From contig NJBI01000023.1 in NCBI GenBank assembly GCA_005222975.1, forward strand, positions 1 through 48,432: 48,432 nucleotides of DNA, given 5' to 3'. Position 1 is the first letter of the stretch; each line of letters begins with the position of its first letter. This stretch comes from Promethearchaeota archaeon Loki_b31. GTDB taxonomy: Archaea > Asgardarchaeota > Lokiarchaeia > Sigyniarchaeales > SOKP01. Under the pieces are notes generated by a model. It worked only from the letters and a program-made list of their open reading frames with translations, had not been told where the DNA came from and did no database searches. Shown piece after piece: positions 1 to 9,477 of this stretch. The translations under genes and the position numbers were made by a program.

Positions 1-322
1 TATCTTTAAAATCAAACATACCACCTAAAAAGATGTCTCTCCATTTATCAGCTTTTTCAATTTCGGCGACAACATTTCCCGTTGTTACATCGTAAACTTT
101 GAAACTAAATCCCATAAATTTTCCTTGAGCTCAGGGCTCAATCTCATTATTTCTCTTTTAAGATATAGTAATTCCTATTGATACCAAATAAACCCATTGG
201 CTTTATTCCTACTGGGGCACTTATTGGAGCTTGTGTAACTACTGTAGTTAATTCAAAGCCATAACCCTGGCAAAACCGTTGATTTGGGGCTTTTGTTCTG
301 CTCCACAATTTGTACAATGCAT
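1..322 (-). pseudogene. Degraded zinc-ribbon + LURP-one/scramblase-like paralog (runs off the window start)
   Basis: Manual translation from ATG at 322: MHCTNCGAEQK, frameshift, then PNQRFCQGYGFEL...GLFGINRNYYILKEK, stops TAA TGA GAT TGA, then a jump to AQGKFMGFSFKVYDVTTGNVVAEIEKADKWRDIFLGGMFDFKD. The last segment closely matches the C-terminal part of the 2535-3308 protein, and about 100 internal residues are missing. Confidence 0.85.
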
Positions 323-582
323 TTTTTTACTTTTTTTTCAAATTGTCCCATATATTTATTCTTGATTTGTTCACCGCCCTGATAGAATTTATAACAAGAA
401 TGCATTGATATTACTCTTTCTTGGATGGTCAATATAGTATTAATTTACCATTTGCATATGAAATAATACTTATTATAATTTATATGAAATATTATGATTT
501 TGCTAAACATTTTTTTAGAATTTATTATTATATTATAAATAAGTAATCAACTTTAACATATATTGCTTGGAGAGAAAATCAA

Positions 583-1230
583 TTGAAGTGTCCTGAATGT
601 GGAAATAAAATTATAGAATTAGATCAAAAATTTTGTGAAAAATGTGGGTTTGATTTATCAAGAGAGGAATTTAAAAGTGAATTAAAATTATTCGATAATC
701 TCCAAAAATATTATATTTTGACGGAGAATTATTGGAAGCATGGAACTGGGAGAATTTATAATGAAAGAGGGCTGATCATTGGCTCAATTCATAAAAAAAA
801 AGAAGGTTTTAAAGGAAGAATTTTAATAAAGGATTCAGATAATAATATTTTAGCTAAAATAACTAGAAAATCTTTATCAATGCGTCATATTCACTTTTTA
901 AGTGATCCTACGGGAAATTTAATTGCTAAATATAAAAAAAAAATGGTTAGTAATTTTAGATCAATATTTTACTTAGAAGATCATGTGGGTACTCGAAAAT
1001 ATGAAGCTTATGGTGAGTTTATGGATTTTAAGTTTAACATTAAAGACATTACCACAGAAAAAATTATCGCTGAATTTGATAAAGTAGAAAGATGGAAAAA
1101 TGAAATTTCAAGCGAAATTTTAAATCTTTATGATGCTTACGCATTAAAAATAAAAGATACGATTATAGATAAGAGAATGCTACTTGGATTTGTTTTAGGT
1201 TCAAAATACATAATTTATGATGTTTTTTAA
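583..1230 (+). CDS. Zinc-ribbon + LURP-one/scramblase (tubby C-terminal-like) protein
   Basis: N-terminal CPECG...FCEKCG; repeated beta-hairpin segments with G..IA.I.K patterns; ends YALKI...DKRMLLGFVL; paralog of 2535-3308. Confidence 0.8.
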   Translation: MKCPECGNKIIELDQKFCEKCGFDLSREEFKSELKLFDNLQKYYILTENYWKHGTGRIYNERGLIIGSIHKKKEGFKGRILIKDSDNNILAKITRKSLSMRHIHFLSDPTGNLIAKYKKKMVSNFRSIFYLEDHVGTRKYEAYGEFMDFKFNIKDITTEKIIAEFDKVERWKNEISSEILNLYDAYALKIKDTIIDKRMLLGFVLGSKYIIYDVF

Positions 1231-1236
1231 AAAAAA

Positions 1237-1812
1237 TTAATATTTAAATTGATGTCTTCTTCTCTGTTTTTTTCTCTCTTCTCTAATTCTCTCAATTTCA
1301 TATTGTAGAACCATTACTGTACAAAGTATAATCATTGCCATTTGATTATTTAAATTTTGATTTATTTTCAATCCATATGTATCACGAACTCTCCAAAATT
1401 TCTTTGAAATCCTTGCAATTTCCGAACCATCTTTAATAATAGAATATTTCAATCCCATTATATTACCTTTAATATGAAAAATTCTTTCTTCTAAAGGATT
1501 TTCAAACCAATATTTTGGTTTAATAGATACAATTTTTCTTTTCATTTTTCCTAGAAATTTACTCTCATCGGGTTTACCGTTTTCATCTGGTTCGAAAAAC
1601 TTAAATGTCCCACGTAAAGATGCTAACTTCTGACGGATAACCATAATTGTTCTTTCATCAGCGTCTTTAAGACTAAATAAAGCACGAATAGATAATATTT
1701 TTCTTACAAAATTTCCAATTAAATTTTGTTCGGGATCCATAACACGGACAATGTCATGAATAGAGACTAATTTATCTCTTAATATGAATTCCTTCTGATT
1801 TTTTAACTCCAT
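1237..1812 (-). CDS. LURP-one/YxjI-like (scramblase fold) protein with polybasic C-tail
   Basis: F.LRDKLVSI..., IKGNIMGLKYSI.KDG.EIARISKKFW.VRDTYGL.I and a terminal hydrophobic helix are typical of the LURP-one family. Confidence 0.85.
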   Translation of the reverse strand: MELKNQKEFILRDKLVSIHDIVRVMDPEQNLIGNFVRKILSIRALFSLKDADERTIMVIRQKLASLRGTFKFFEPDENGKPDESKFLGKMKRKIVSIKPKYWFENPLEERIFHIKGNIMGLKYSIIKDGSEIARISKKFWRVRDTYGLKINQNLNNQMAMIILCTVMVLQYEIERIREERKKQRRRHQFKY

Positions 1813-2056
1813 TTATCATTAACACTTCTTTTATTCATTTTTTATTATTTTTTAATCGATTTAGAATTATTTAAATAGTTAATTGTTCATTTATGTCATC
1901 ATTATTTGTTTTTATTTTTATAAGTATAAAAAGTTTATAAATTTGTGGAAGAAAAAGTTTTTAATTTTCTTATTCATGGAAAATGAGTTTTGATGTTAAA
2001 TAATTTCAGTAGTATATTTCTGTGAAGGAAAAGTAGATACAGATTTATAATATAAA

Positions 2057-2479
2057 ATGGAATTTGGAAAAATTCTATTGACCGACCAAGAGTTATCGCT
2101 AGTAAAAAAATCAAACATAAGTTTAACAGAAATCGGTTCCTCAATTGAAGAATTCAAGGATGGGTTTATAAATCCTTTAGAATGTATCAAAAAAGCGTAT
2201 AGCGCGAAAATCCAAAGAATTTTTGTTGTAGTAGTTGAAACCAGAGACGATCATTTGTTCTCCATTACAATGGCAAAAAATAAAAACTTAGGTAGGCAAG
2301 AAAGTATTACTTTGAGTGAATTGATAAACGCAACTATTATAAAAACTATCAATATTAAAAATATGGCATCCTTTCCGAACGATTCAGAAATCGAACCAGT
2401 TTCTAATAAATGTGAATATTGTGGAGAAATTAATGATATTAGTTGGAAATTTTGTAAAAAATGCGGAAAGGAACGATAA
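2057..2479 (+). CDS. Hypothetical protein with C-terminal zinc ribbon
   Basis: C-terminal CEYCG...FCKKCG. Confidence 0.7.
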   Translation: MEFGKILLTDQELSLVKKSNISLTEIGSSIEEFKDGFINPLECIKKAYSAKIQRIFVVVVETRDDHLFSITMAKNKNLGRQESITLSELINATIIKTINIKNMASFPNDSEIEPVSNKCEYCGEINDISWKFCKKCGKER

Positions 2480-2534
2480 AATAATTTTAAACTATAAGAA
2501 AAGAAAATATTAGTTATAACATTGAATAAATTAG

Positions 2535-3308
2535 TTAGCGATGACGGCGTGAAGCTCCAAAAGGACCAGGGAATCTTCCACGACGGTAAGGTATACGACC
2601 CATCATTGGTCCACTACCCGCAGAGTCATGCATTACATTATCTATTGATAGAACAAATCCAACTAGTATCCTTCTGTCTGTTTCGTTATCCAGGATCTTC
2701 AAAGCGTAAGTGTCCGCAAAATCAAATAACCCCCCTAAGAAAATATCTCTCCATCGATCAGCTTTTTCTATCTCCGCTACCAATTTTCTTGAAGCAACTT
2801 CGTAGATTTTAAACGACCAGCCAAAAAAATCCCCTTCAGCCTCGTACCATCTATTTCCCATGTTATCTTCCAAAAAGAATTTTGATCTAAAAAAGGTTAA
2901 TATTTTCTTCTTAATTCTTGCGATTAATTCTCCATCTGGAGTTTTTAAATCCTGAGCGCCTCTTGCTGAAATGATTTTACTATGAATCGTAGCAACAACG
3001 GTACCATCAAGTTCTTGGAGTTCCACTCGTCGTCTTATGCTAAAGATTATACGATTCATTCGTCCAATTAATTTTCCCTCGTCATCCATTATATCCCCAA
3101 AACCCATATCCCACATCCGTTCCTTTATCAAAAAGAAGTTCCGATTAATATCGAATAAACTACCTTTTTTCTGAGGTGTTGGGGTTGGAATTGAAGAAGG
3201 GGTGCTTTCTACTCCTTTTTCTTGTGCTTTTTTCAATTCTGTACCGCATTTCTCACAGAATTTTTGATCTATACTAGCTTCATCTCCACAATTAGGACAA
3301 AATTTCAT
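2535..3308 (-). CDS. Zinc-ribbon + LURP-one/scramblase-like protein with Arg/Gly-rich tail
   Basis: FCPNCG...FCEKCG, a P/T-rich linker, LURP-one repeats, DTYALKI...LVGFVLSID, and tail GRIPYRRGRFPGPFGASRRHR. Confidence 0.85.
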   Translation of the reverse strand: MKFCPNCGDEASIDQKFCEKCGTELKKAQEKGVESTPSSIPTPTPQKKGSLFDINRNFFLIKERMWDMGFGDIMDDEGKLIGRMNRIIFSIRRRVELQELDGTVVATIHSKIISARGAQDLKTPDGELIARIKKKILTFFRSKFFLEDNMGNRWYEAEGDFFGWSFKIYEVASRKLVAEIEKADRWRDIFLGGLFDFADTYALKILDNETDRRILVGFVLSIDNVMHDSAGSGPMMGRIPYRRGRFPGPFGASRRHR

Positions 3309-3466
3309 TTTATCAGCCTTATTATCTACTTTATAAATAAAATTCAGTTTTTAATCATCAATAGTCAATTTAGTCTAATAAATTTAAGGATGGGAAAGAA
3401 ATTTTACTTAGATTTTAAAGAAATTTTTTAACTAAACTAAACTTTTAAATATAAAATAACAAAGAA

Positions 3467-4252
3467 GTGAGAAAAAAAATGTCAACAATACCAAGTTTGC
3501 TCAAACTAAAGGATTACATTACTCTAACTGGGACGACAATAGGTTTTGTTGCTTTAATTTGTGGTTCATATGGGACCCGAGACGCCATCTCTTTAGGTTT
3601 TTTTTTAATCTCACTAACTTTTGGAACGGATTTAATTGATGGGTACATCGCGAGAAAGACAGGAACAGTAAACGAAATTGGCAGAGAACTCGATTCTTTG
3701 AGCGATTCTCTCACATTTGGTATAGTGCCCGCCGTACTATGTTTTCAGGCGTTTAAGACAGGGATGTTTTACGATTACATTCTAGCAATTGGGTGTATTT
3801 GTTTCGCACTAGGGGCTATATTAAGATTAGCTCGGTTCAATATTTCAACAAGTACCGGATATACGGGTGTGCCAACACCAATAACCACTTTATTAATCCT
3901 CGTCTACTTTTACGCTAATTATTTTTACGCGTTTGCGTTTGGTGGGTTGAACTATCCTTTCCTTGAAATTGCTTATTCCATTATTCCTTTCCTTTTAATT
4001 TTCTTTGGATGGTTAAACATTACTACTTACATTAAATTTGGCGAAAAAGGCAAAATCGTTTATTACTTATTCATCATTTTAGCTCCCTGTTCTCCTATAT
4101 TTGGCATTATAGGTATTTTAAACCCTAATTTTATAGTATCTATGACCATTTCTCTGATATTTTTAGGTTTCTTTTTATTTTCGCTTAGTTGGTTGCTTCT
4201 TAACTCAGTTATTACACAAATATCGATGAAAAAGGAAAAGGGGCCAAGCTAA
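3467..4252 (+). CDS. pssA: CDP-alcohol phosphatidyltransferase, archaetidylserine/phosphatidylserine synthase-like
   Basis: Family motif DLIDGYIARK...G.ELDSLSD plus RLARFN and G.PTP, typical of PssA; multi-TM. Confidence 0.8.
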   Translation: MRKKMSTIPSLLKLKDYITLTGTTIGFVALICGSYGTRDAISLGFFLISLTFGTDLIDGYIARKTGTVNEIGRELDSLSDSLTFGIVPAVLCFQAFKTGMFYDYILAIGCICFALGAILRLARFNISTSTGYTGVPTPITTLLILVYFYANYFYAFAFGGLNYPFLEIAYSIIPFLLIFFGWLNITTYIKFGEKGKIVYYLFIILAPCSPIFGIIGILNPNFIVSMTISLIFLGFFLFSLSWLLLNSVITQISMKKEKGPS

Positions 4253-4309
4253 AACAAGTTAAATAAAAAGAGTCAGATTTACTTAAAACTATACTATTAA
4301 TTTGATAAT

Positions 4310-6247
4310 CTAATTAATTAGATGTTTTTTCCATTCTTCTATGCTTTCAACGATATGTTTAATATCCACTTCGCTTAAATGACCCAAATGGGTTTTATAT
4401 TGGTTAATTTTACTTCTTAACTTGTGTAAAGTTACGCTAAATCCTTTTTTTTCCAAAATTAGCTCCGCAATATTTTCTAATTCAGTACTAAATTCCTCTC
4501 CATTAAGGTTTTGTAGTTTTTGAACTAACGATTTAAAAGCAGTATCGATTAACATTCCTACATCATCGCCAGCCTTAGGAATCTGTTTTGGTGCTTTAGG
4601 AGCTTGTTTTAAAGCTTTTTGCTGTGTAGTTTCTTTAACCTTGTCTTGAATCTTTTGAGTTAATTCCGTAACTATATCTTGTGTCTGAGCGATACTTGTT
4701 TTTTTTTGGGACGCTTTAAAACTACTAGGAGTAATCGGTTTAGTAGGTCCTACTGTTTTGGAAGTAGTAGTTTCTCTTAGTGTTGCCATTATCCCCAGAG
4801 ATCTTGGCGTTTCGTGTAGACTCGAACTTGCTTTATCCCACACTGTATTAATAACCGAAAGTATAAGTTTAATTAAAGGTGCATAATCAGTAGCAAATCC
4901 GACAAAATCTTTTAACGAATCCTGTGAATTTTTCTGGATTATTCCCATAAGTACGTAATTATCGTCGCTTTTAATAATGACAACGCTCTCATTTTTGAGA
5001 GTTCTATATTCCAAGTTTTTAATTTCTTTAAATTTTTTAACATTACTATTAGTATGTGCCTCCGAAGAAGCAATTTTAATTTTAAGAGTTCCCGGTATAT
5101 CTGTAAATTCTTCTATCGATAAATGATCTTCAAGTTTAGGAACAACTAATAACAAATTCTCTTTAGCATGGGTAATTTTACTTAATATTTCTTCGTTAAC
5201 TCTAGAAACGCTGTTAATGTGCCAAAAATTATCTGGTTTCGCCTTTTCAGAAGATGTAATAATTTTATAATAACTTACCATTGCTTTATTAATAGGGTTA
5301 TTTAAAGCTGCCACGGAATCGACTGAACTACTAATTATCGCGTTAAAACTGTCAATAATAACATTTTCGAAATCTTTAAGATCGCTAGATAAGCTATTTC
5401 GCTTTTTTTTTACCATTTCAATTGTTTTATTAATTTTAGATTCATAACTATTTAACAAGTTTAACAATAACATCTGAAAGTCGTCCCGAAATTGAAAAGT
5501 CGAGTCAATAATATTTTTAAGCGATTCGATTGTATTATCAAATTCGTCTTCAATTAATTTATGTAAGTTAACAGTAAAAGCTTCAAGTATTTTTTCAAAA
5601 TTTTCTTGAAACACATCTTCAATTACGCTCTTAACCGGTTTCTCAGATTTTTTCAATTCTAAAGTTTCGATTTTTTTGTTTAAATCCTTTTTAATTGTGG
5701 TAATTAGCTTTATTAAATAAGAAAATTGATTTTGGGTTATACCTTTAATTGTTTTATGTAGCTCATCCAAAACAGTTTTTATTATTTTCAAGTTCTCCAT
5801 TCCCTGAACAACATCATCTATATCCTGTTTTTGGATAATTACATCCTCTTCGAAGTCTTTTCTTAATTCTTGGGTTGCGTTAAAAGTGGTGTCTAATTCA
5901 ATTATCGTATTTTCTTGAAATATTCTCTTTAAAGAATTTGAAAGTAATTGTTGTATTTGTTTTTTAATGCCGTCCAAGTTAGCATTTATATTATCGTAGT
6001 AATTTATAATGGGGTTTATTGGAGGAATGGTTAGGTATTGAAGTAATAAATCTGGGCTTTGAGGATTGATAGGTATTAACAAACCAGCATCTATAAGTTC
6101 ATTTAAAGATTTTGCATATTCTTCTTGAGAGATATTAGGTAAAATAGAATATAGTTCGAACGATGACAAGGGTTTTCTACCAACGCTTTGTAAATAAAGT
6201 TTCATCGCATTATCTGAAATTTGTAATTTTTTTAAAAATTCTTCCAT
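4310..6247 (-). CDS. TrmB-like protein: N-terminal wHTH, long coiled coil, non-catalytic PLD-like domain, S/T-rich linker, C-terminal helical domain
   Basis: N-terminus follows the TrmB wHTH pattern (L..L.IS...KLYL...L.ELIDAGL....Y..IPP). FWHI.S...V.EEI...I..AK..LLLVVP...DD..VLMG resembles the TrmB C-terminal PLD fold without HKD. GGTGA RBS upstream. Confidence 0.7.
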   Translation of the reverse strand: MEEFLKKLQISDNAMKLYLQSVGRKPLSSFELYSILPNISQEEYAKSLNELIDAGLLIPINPQSPDLLLQYLTIPPINPIINYYDNINANLDGIKKQIQQLLSNSLKRIFQENTIIELDTTFNATQELRKDFEEDVIIQKQDIDDVVQGMENLKIIKTVLDELHKTIKGITQNQFSYLIKLITTIKKDLNKKIETLELKKSEKPVKSVIEDVFQENFEKILEAFTVNLHKLIEDEFDNTIESLKNIIDSTFQFRDDFQMLLLNLLNSYESKINKTIEMVKKKRNSLSSDLKDFENVIIDSFNAIISSSVDSVAALNNPINKAMVSYYKIITSSEKAKPDNFWHINSVSRVNEEILSKITHAKENLLLVVPKLEDHLSIEEFTDIPGTLKIKIASSEAHTNSNVKKFKEIKNLEYRTLKNESVVIIKSDDNYVLMGIIQKNSQDSLKDFVGFATDYAPLIKLILSVINTVWDKASSSLHETPRSLGIMATLRETTTSKTVGPTKPITPSSFKASQKKTSIAQTQDIVTELTQKIQDKVKETTQQKALKQAPKAPKQIPKAGDDVGMLIDTAFKSLVQKLQNLNGEEFSTELENIAELILEKKGFSVTLHKLRSKINQYKTHLGHLSEVDIKHIVESIEEWKKHLIN

Positions 6248-6403
6248 ACTGGTTCACCATCTCATTACTTTAATCTAAACTACTATTTTACTTTTACTAA
6301 TAAGTAATATAAGTATTTATTTTTTAAATTTTGTTAGATAAAAATATTTAAAGAATATTTTTCTTTATTTTAATAATAAAACATTAAGGTTATCAGTAGT
6401 ATT

Positions 6404-7807
6404 ATGAACTCATATGAGGATGTTTTTTTCTATTTAGATTTAACTAAGGACTTCTTAAAAGTGAAAGAAGTAATTAAAGCAGTTAAATATTATATCACTG
6501 AAAAAAATAAAATTAACATTAAAGGATATTACGGATTATTGATCTTCCAAGAAAAAGGCAACCCTATCTTCATTACGGGTAAAAAAGATTCAGACATTAT
6601 AGAAAATGCTATCCAAGAAAATTGGAAAACTCGTCCTAAGAAGCAATCCTTTTTTGAAAATGGATTATTTTATATATTTTCGTACATAGCAGAGACTATA
6701 AAAAAAAAGTCAAAATACAATAGAATAATCATTATCACAGATACTCCTAGCGATCTATCTGATGACTATACCGAAGCTTTGTTTAATTTAGTTTCAAAAA
6801 TAAAAGTTTTTCCTACTTTTGTAGATATTATAAGAGTGTCCGAAAAAGAAGAGCGATTTTTTAAAGACGATGTTAAACTAAACATTTTAGCAAGCGATAC
6901 CAAAGGCGGGATCTTTTACATTTCTGATAAAAAAGATTTTATACCTACTATAAAAAGATTAGTCAAAAGCAAGCAAATAGTGAGCACCTTTGAAAATCAA
7001 CACGCTAGAATAAAAATTAATAAAGACGATTACTACTTCTATTCTCATCTAGCAAATAGTTTAAAACGCGCACCTCCCAACGATGTAGGATCAAAATGCC
7101 ACTTCTGTCAAGAAGAAATCTGTCCTTGTTGCGCCGATGTAAATGATAAACTGTTAGTTTGCGAAGAATGCGGTACTATATTTCATAAATGTTGCGTTAC
7201 GAATTATACAATTCAACATAATATAGGAATACCCCATATTTTTAGATGCCCTAGCCCTAACTGTGATATCCTCTTAAAAATAAATCAAGACGATATCGTT
7301 ACTCCTTACTACGATAAGATGGTATCTGCCGAAGAATATATAAAAACAGAAGAAATACAACCAGACCAATTAGAAGAAGAAAGTATCACGGCTTCTGATC
7401 ACTTAGAAATTGAAGAACCGTTGAAAGAAAAAAAAGAGATGCCTGACACTACAAAGATAGAAGAGTCAGAAGCAGAACAAAAAGCAATCAGGGTAGGTGG
7501 TTTTTTTGGAAGTTACTATGAAGTTAAAAAAGAGGGAGATAAACTCGTCTACCAAAAAACAACTAAACCCAATAACTCAATGAATGATAGTCAAAAAGTT
7601 ACAAAAAACTCTAAAATTATTACAGAACCCAAACTTAAAAAAGTTGAAATACCGCAATATTGGAAACCGTTAGAAAAACAAGATAGAAGCAGTACTGATA
7701 AAGGAAGGTCCAGCTTTTTTGTTTGCCCCGGATGCGGAATACACATTAGCGGTAAGGATAAGGATCGACATTCATGTCCATATTGTGGTTTTAAATTAAT
7801 TGATTGA
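6404..7807 (+). CDS. vWA-like domain + PHD/RINGv-like (C4HC3) finger + C-terminal zinc ribbon (paralog A)
   Basis: vWA elements VFFYLDLT, YGLLIF, RIIIITD, FVDIIRV, LASDTKGGIFY; then CHFC-x4-CPCC...CEEC-x4-H-x2-C...CPSPNC; terminal CPGC...CPYC. Confidence 0.75.
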   Translation: MNSYEDVFFYLDLTKDFLKVKEVIKAVKYYITEKNKINIKGYYGLLIFQEKGNPIFITGKKDSDIIENAIQENWKTRPKKQSFFENGLFYIFSYIAETIKKKSKYNRIIIITDTPSDLSDDYTEALFNLVSKIKVFPTFVDIIRVSEKEERFFKDDVKLNILASDTKGGIFYISDKKDFIPTIKRLVKSKQIVSTFENQHARIKINKDDYYFYSHLANSLKRAPPNDVGSKCHFCQEEICPCCADVNDKLLVCEECGTIFHKCCVTNYTIQHNIGIPHIFRCPSPNCDILLKINQDDIVTPYYDKMVSAEEYIKTEEIQPDQLEEESITASDHLEIEEPLKEKKEMPDTTKIEESEAEQKAIRVGGFFGSYYEVKKEGDKLVYQKTTKPNNSMNDSQKVTKNSKIITEPKLKKVEIPQYWKPLEKQDRSSTDKGRSSFFVCPGCGIHISGKDKDRHSCPYCGFKLID

Positions 7808-7957
7808 ATTTTTAAATCTTAATCTCTCAGAGTTTTTTAAAGAAATAAAAATTGATTAATTGAGAAATATCAATAAAAATAAATAAAAATTCTATTATTA
7901 TTTTATATAACTTTACATTTTTTTAGGATAAAATTTAGACTATATTTTAATATCAAT

Positions 7958-9310
7958 ATGTTTCGCAAAACATCAGTGAACTCAGAGGAATTTATCTTTT
8001 ATATTGATCTTACGACAGATTTTTTGAAGAAAAAAAGCCTTAGTAAGAGTATTAGTAGTTTTATTAAAGACAAGGAAAAATTTAACACTTTAAGTTCTTA
8101 TGGTATTTTGCTTTTTCAAGAAGACGATAACCCGATAACTGTCTATGACGCGAAAGATTTTGGGGCTCTTTCTGATGTTATAGATGAAAAGTGGCAAACT
8201 AGAGAAACTGAGAAAAGCCTTTTTGAAAATGGTTTATTTGAGATCCTGGCTTATATCTTTAGAAAGAGTAGAGAAGCCAGAAAAAATTATCGGGTAATAA
8301 TAATTTCAGACACGCCCAGTCTATTATCTGAAGATTATCATCACGCCCTTTACGATCTTTTAATCAAAGCTAAGAAGTTTGACGCTTTTATCGATATAAT
8401 TCGCTTAGGAGATCAGAAATTTTATGCTGATGATGTGAAGCTAAAAGTAGTCGCGAGCGAAACACACGGAGGCGTGTTTTATTGTACCGAGGCAAAACTA
8501 TTTTTAAATATTCTAAGGTCTTTAATTCAGAGTAAATCTGAATTTATTGTGGTACAACCTAAAGAAGACGATCAAATTTTCGAAGAAGATAAGATATTCT
8601 ACGAAAGACTCGCTGTAGATTTAATATCTTTAGATTCTGAAGAGGAGGAAAAGTGTGATATTTGCGAAAGAGAGCTTTGTCCCATTTGTGACGCTCATTC
8701 AGACGAAGTTCACAAATGTTTTAATTGTAATGCAAAATATCACGCTTGCTGCGCCGCGAATTATGCGATTGCTAACCCTATAGGATTCAATCATTTGTTC
8801 AGGTGTATTCAATGCGATACTTTATTAAAGTTAGACGAAGAATATGTAGAAATGATATATAGGGAAGAACACGAAGAAGAATTTGAGGCTGAATTAATGG
8901 AATTAGGTATTACGGATGAGATCATTGAAGAAGAGCTCTTTGGAGAGGAACAAATTGAAGAACAATCATTTGAGGAGGATGAAGAATTAGTAATTGGAAA
9001 AGAGATAATTGGTCCAGAAAAGCTTAGACCTCCACCCAGATTAGTTAAACCTCCACCCAATTTGACCCCTACTAAAAAGGTTAAAGTTGGAGGGTATTTT
9101 GGTGAAGAAATAAATATAATAAATAATGATCTTGTTCCAACGGCGATAAAAACAATCGTAAGTGATTCTGAAGGAACCATACAAGTGAAAGAAAAAATCT
9201 CGATTACCTCGTTGAAACCCCCTAGAAAGAGCACAATTAAATTTTGTCAAATGTGTGGTCAAACATTAAGTGGTACTTCTATTTGTCCTATATGTGGATT
9301 TAAAAATTAA
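7958..9310 (+). CDS. vWA-like domain + PHD/RINGv-like finger + acidic tract + C-terminal zinc ribbon (paralog B)
   Basis: Collinear with paralog A (FYIDLT.DFL, FENGLF, DDVKL...AS.T.GG.FY); CDIC-x4-CPIC...CFNC-x4-H-x2-C...CIQC; Glu-rich linker; CQMC...CPIC. Confidence 0.75.
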   Translation: MFRKTSVNSEEFIFYIDLTTDFLKKKSLSKSISSFIKDKEKFNTLSSYGILLFQEDDNPITVYDAKDFGALSDVIDEKWQTRETEKSLFENGLFEILAYIFRKSREARKNYRVIIISDTPSLLSEDYHHALYDLLIKAKKFDAFIDIIRLGDQKFYADDVKLKVVASETHGGVFYCTEAKLFLNILRSLIQSKSEFIVVQPKEDDQIFEEDKIFYERLAVDLISLDSEEEEKCDICERELCPICDAHSDEVHKCFNCNAKYHACCAANYAIANPIGFNHLFRCIQCDTLLKLDEEYVEMIYREEHEEEFEAELMELGITDEIIEEELFGEEQIEEQSFEEDEELVIGKEIIGPEKLRPPPRLVKPPPNLTPTKKVKVGGYFGEEINIINNDLVPTAIKTIVSDSEGTIQVKEKISITSLKPPRKSTIKFCQMCGQTLSGTSICPICGFKN

Positions 9311-9477
9311 GCAATTAATAGATATGTTTTTATATGTATTTTATTTTTTATGCTCCTGGTTGATATGAAATTGATAAGTAGAGTATTAATACCACATAAT
9401 TTTTAGATTTACACCAATTTTGTTTGTGAATTATTCAATTCCAATAAAATTAAAACAATGATAACTTCTACATTTCA

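Noticed and set aside
138-150. UGA=Trp recoding suggested by two TGA at probable Trp positions
   Set aside because: The same gene has a TAA, a frameshift and a deletion; other genes use TGG for Trp and TGA as stop.
4310-6247. Active PLD nuclease or SMC ATPase
   Set aside because: No HKD motif and no Walker A/B motifs.
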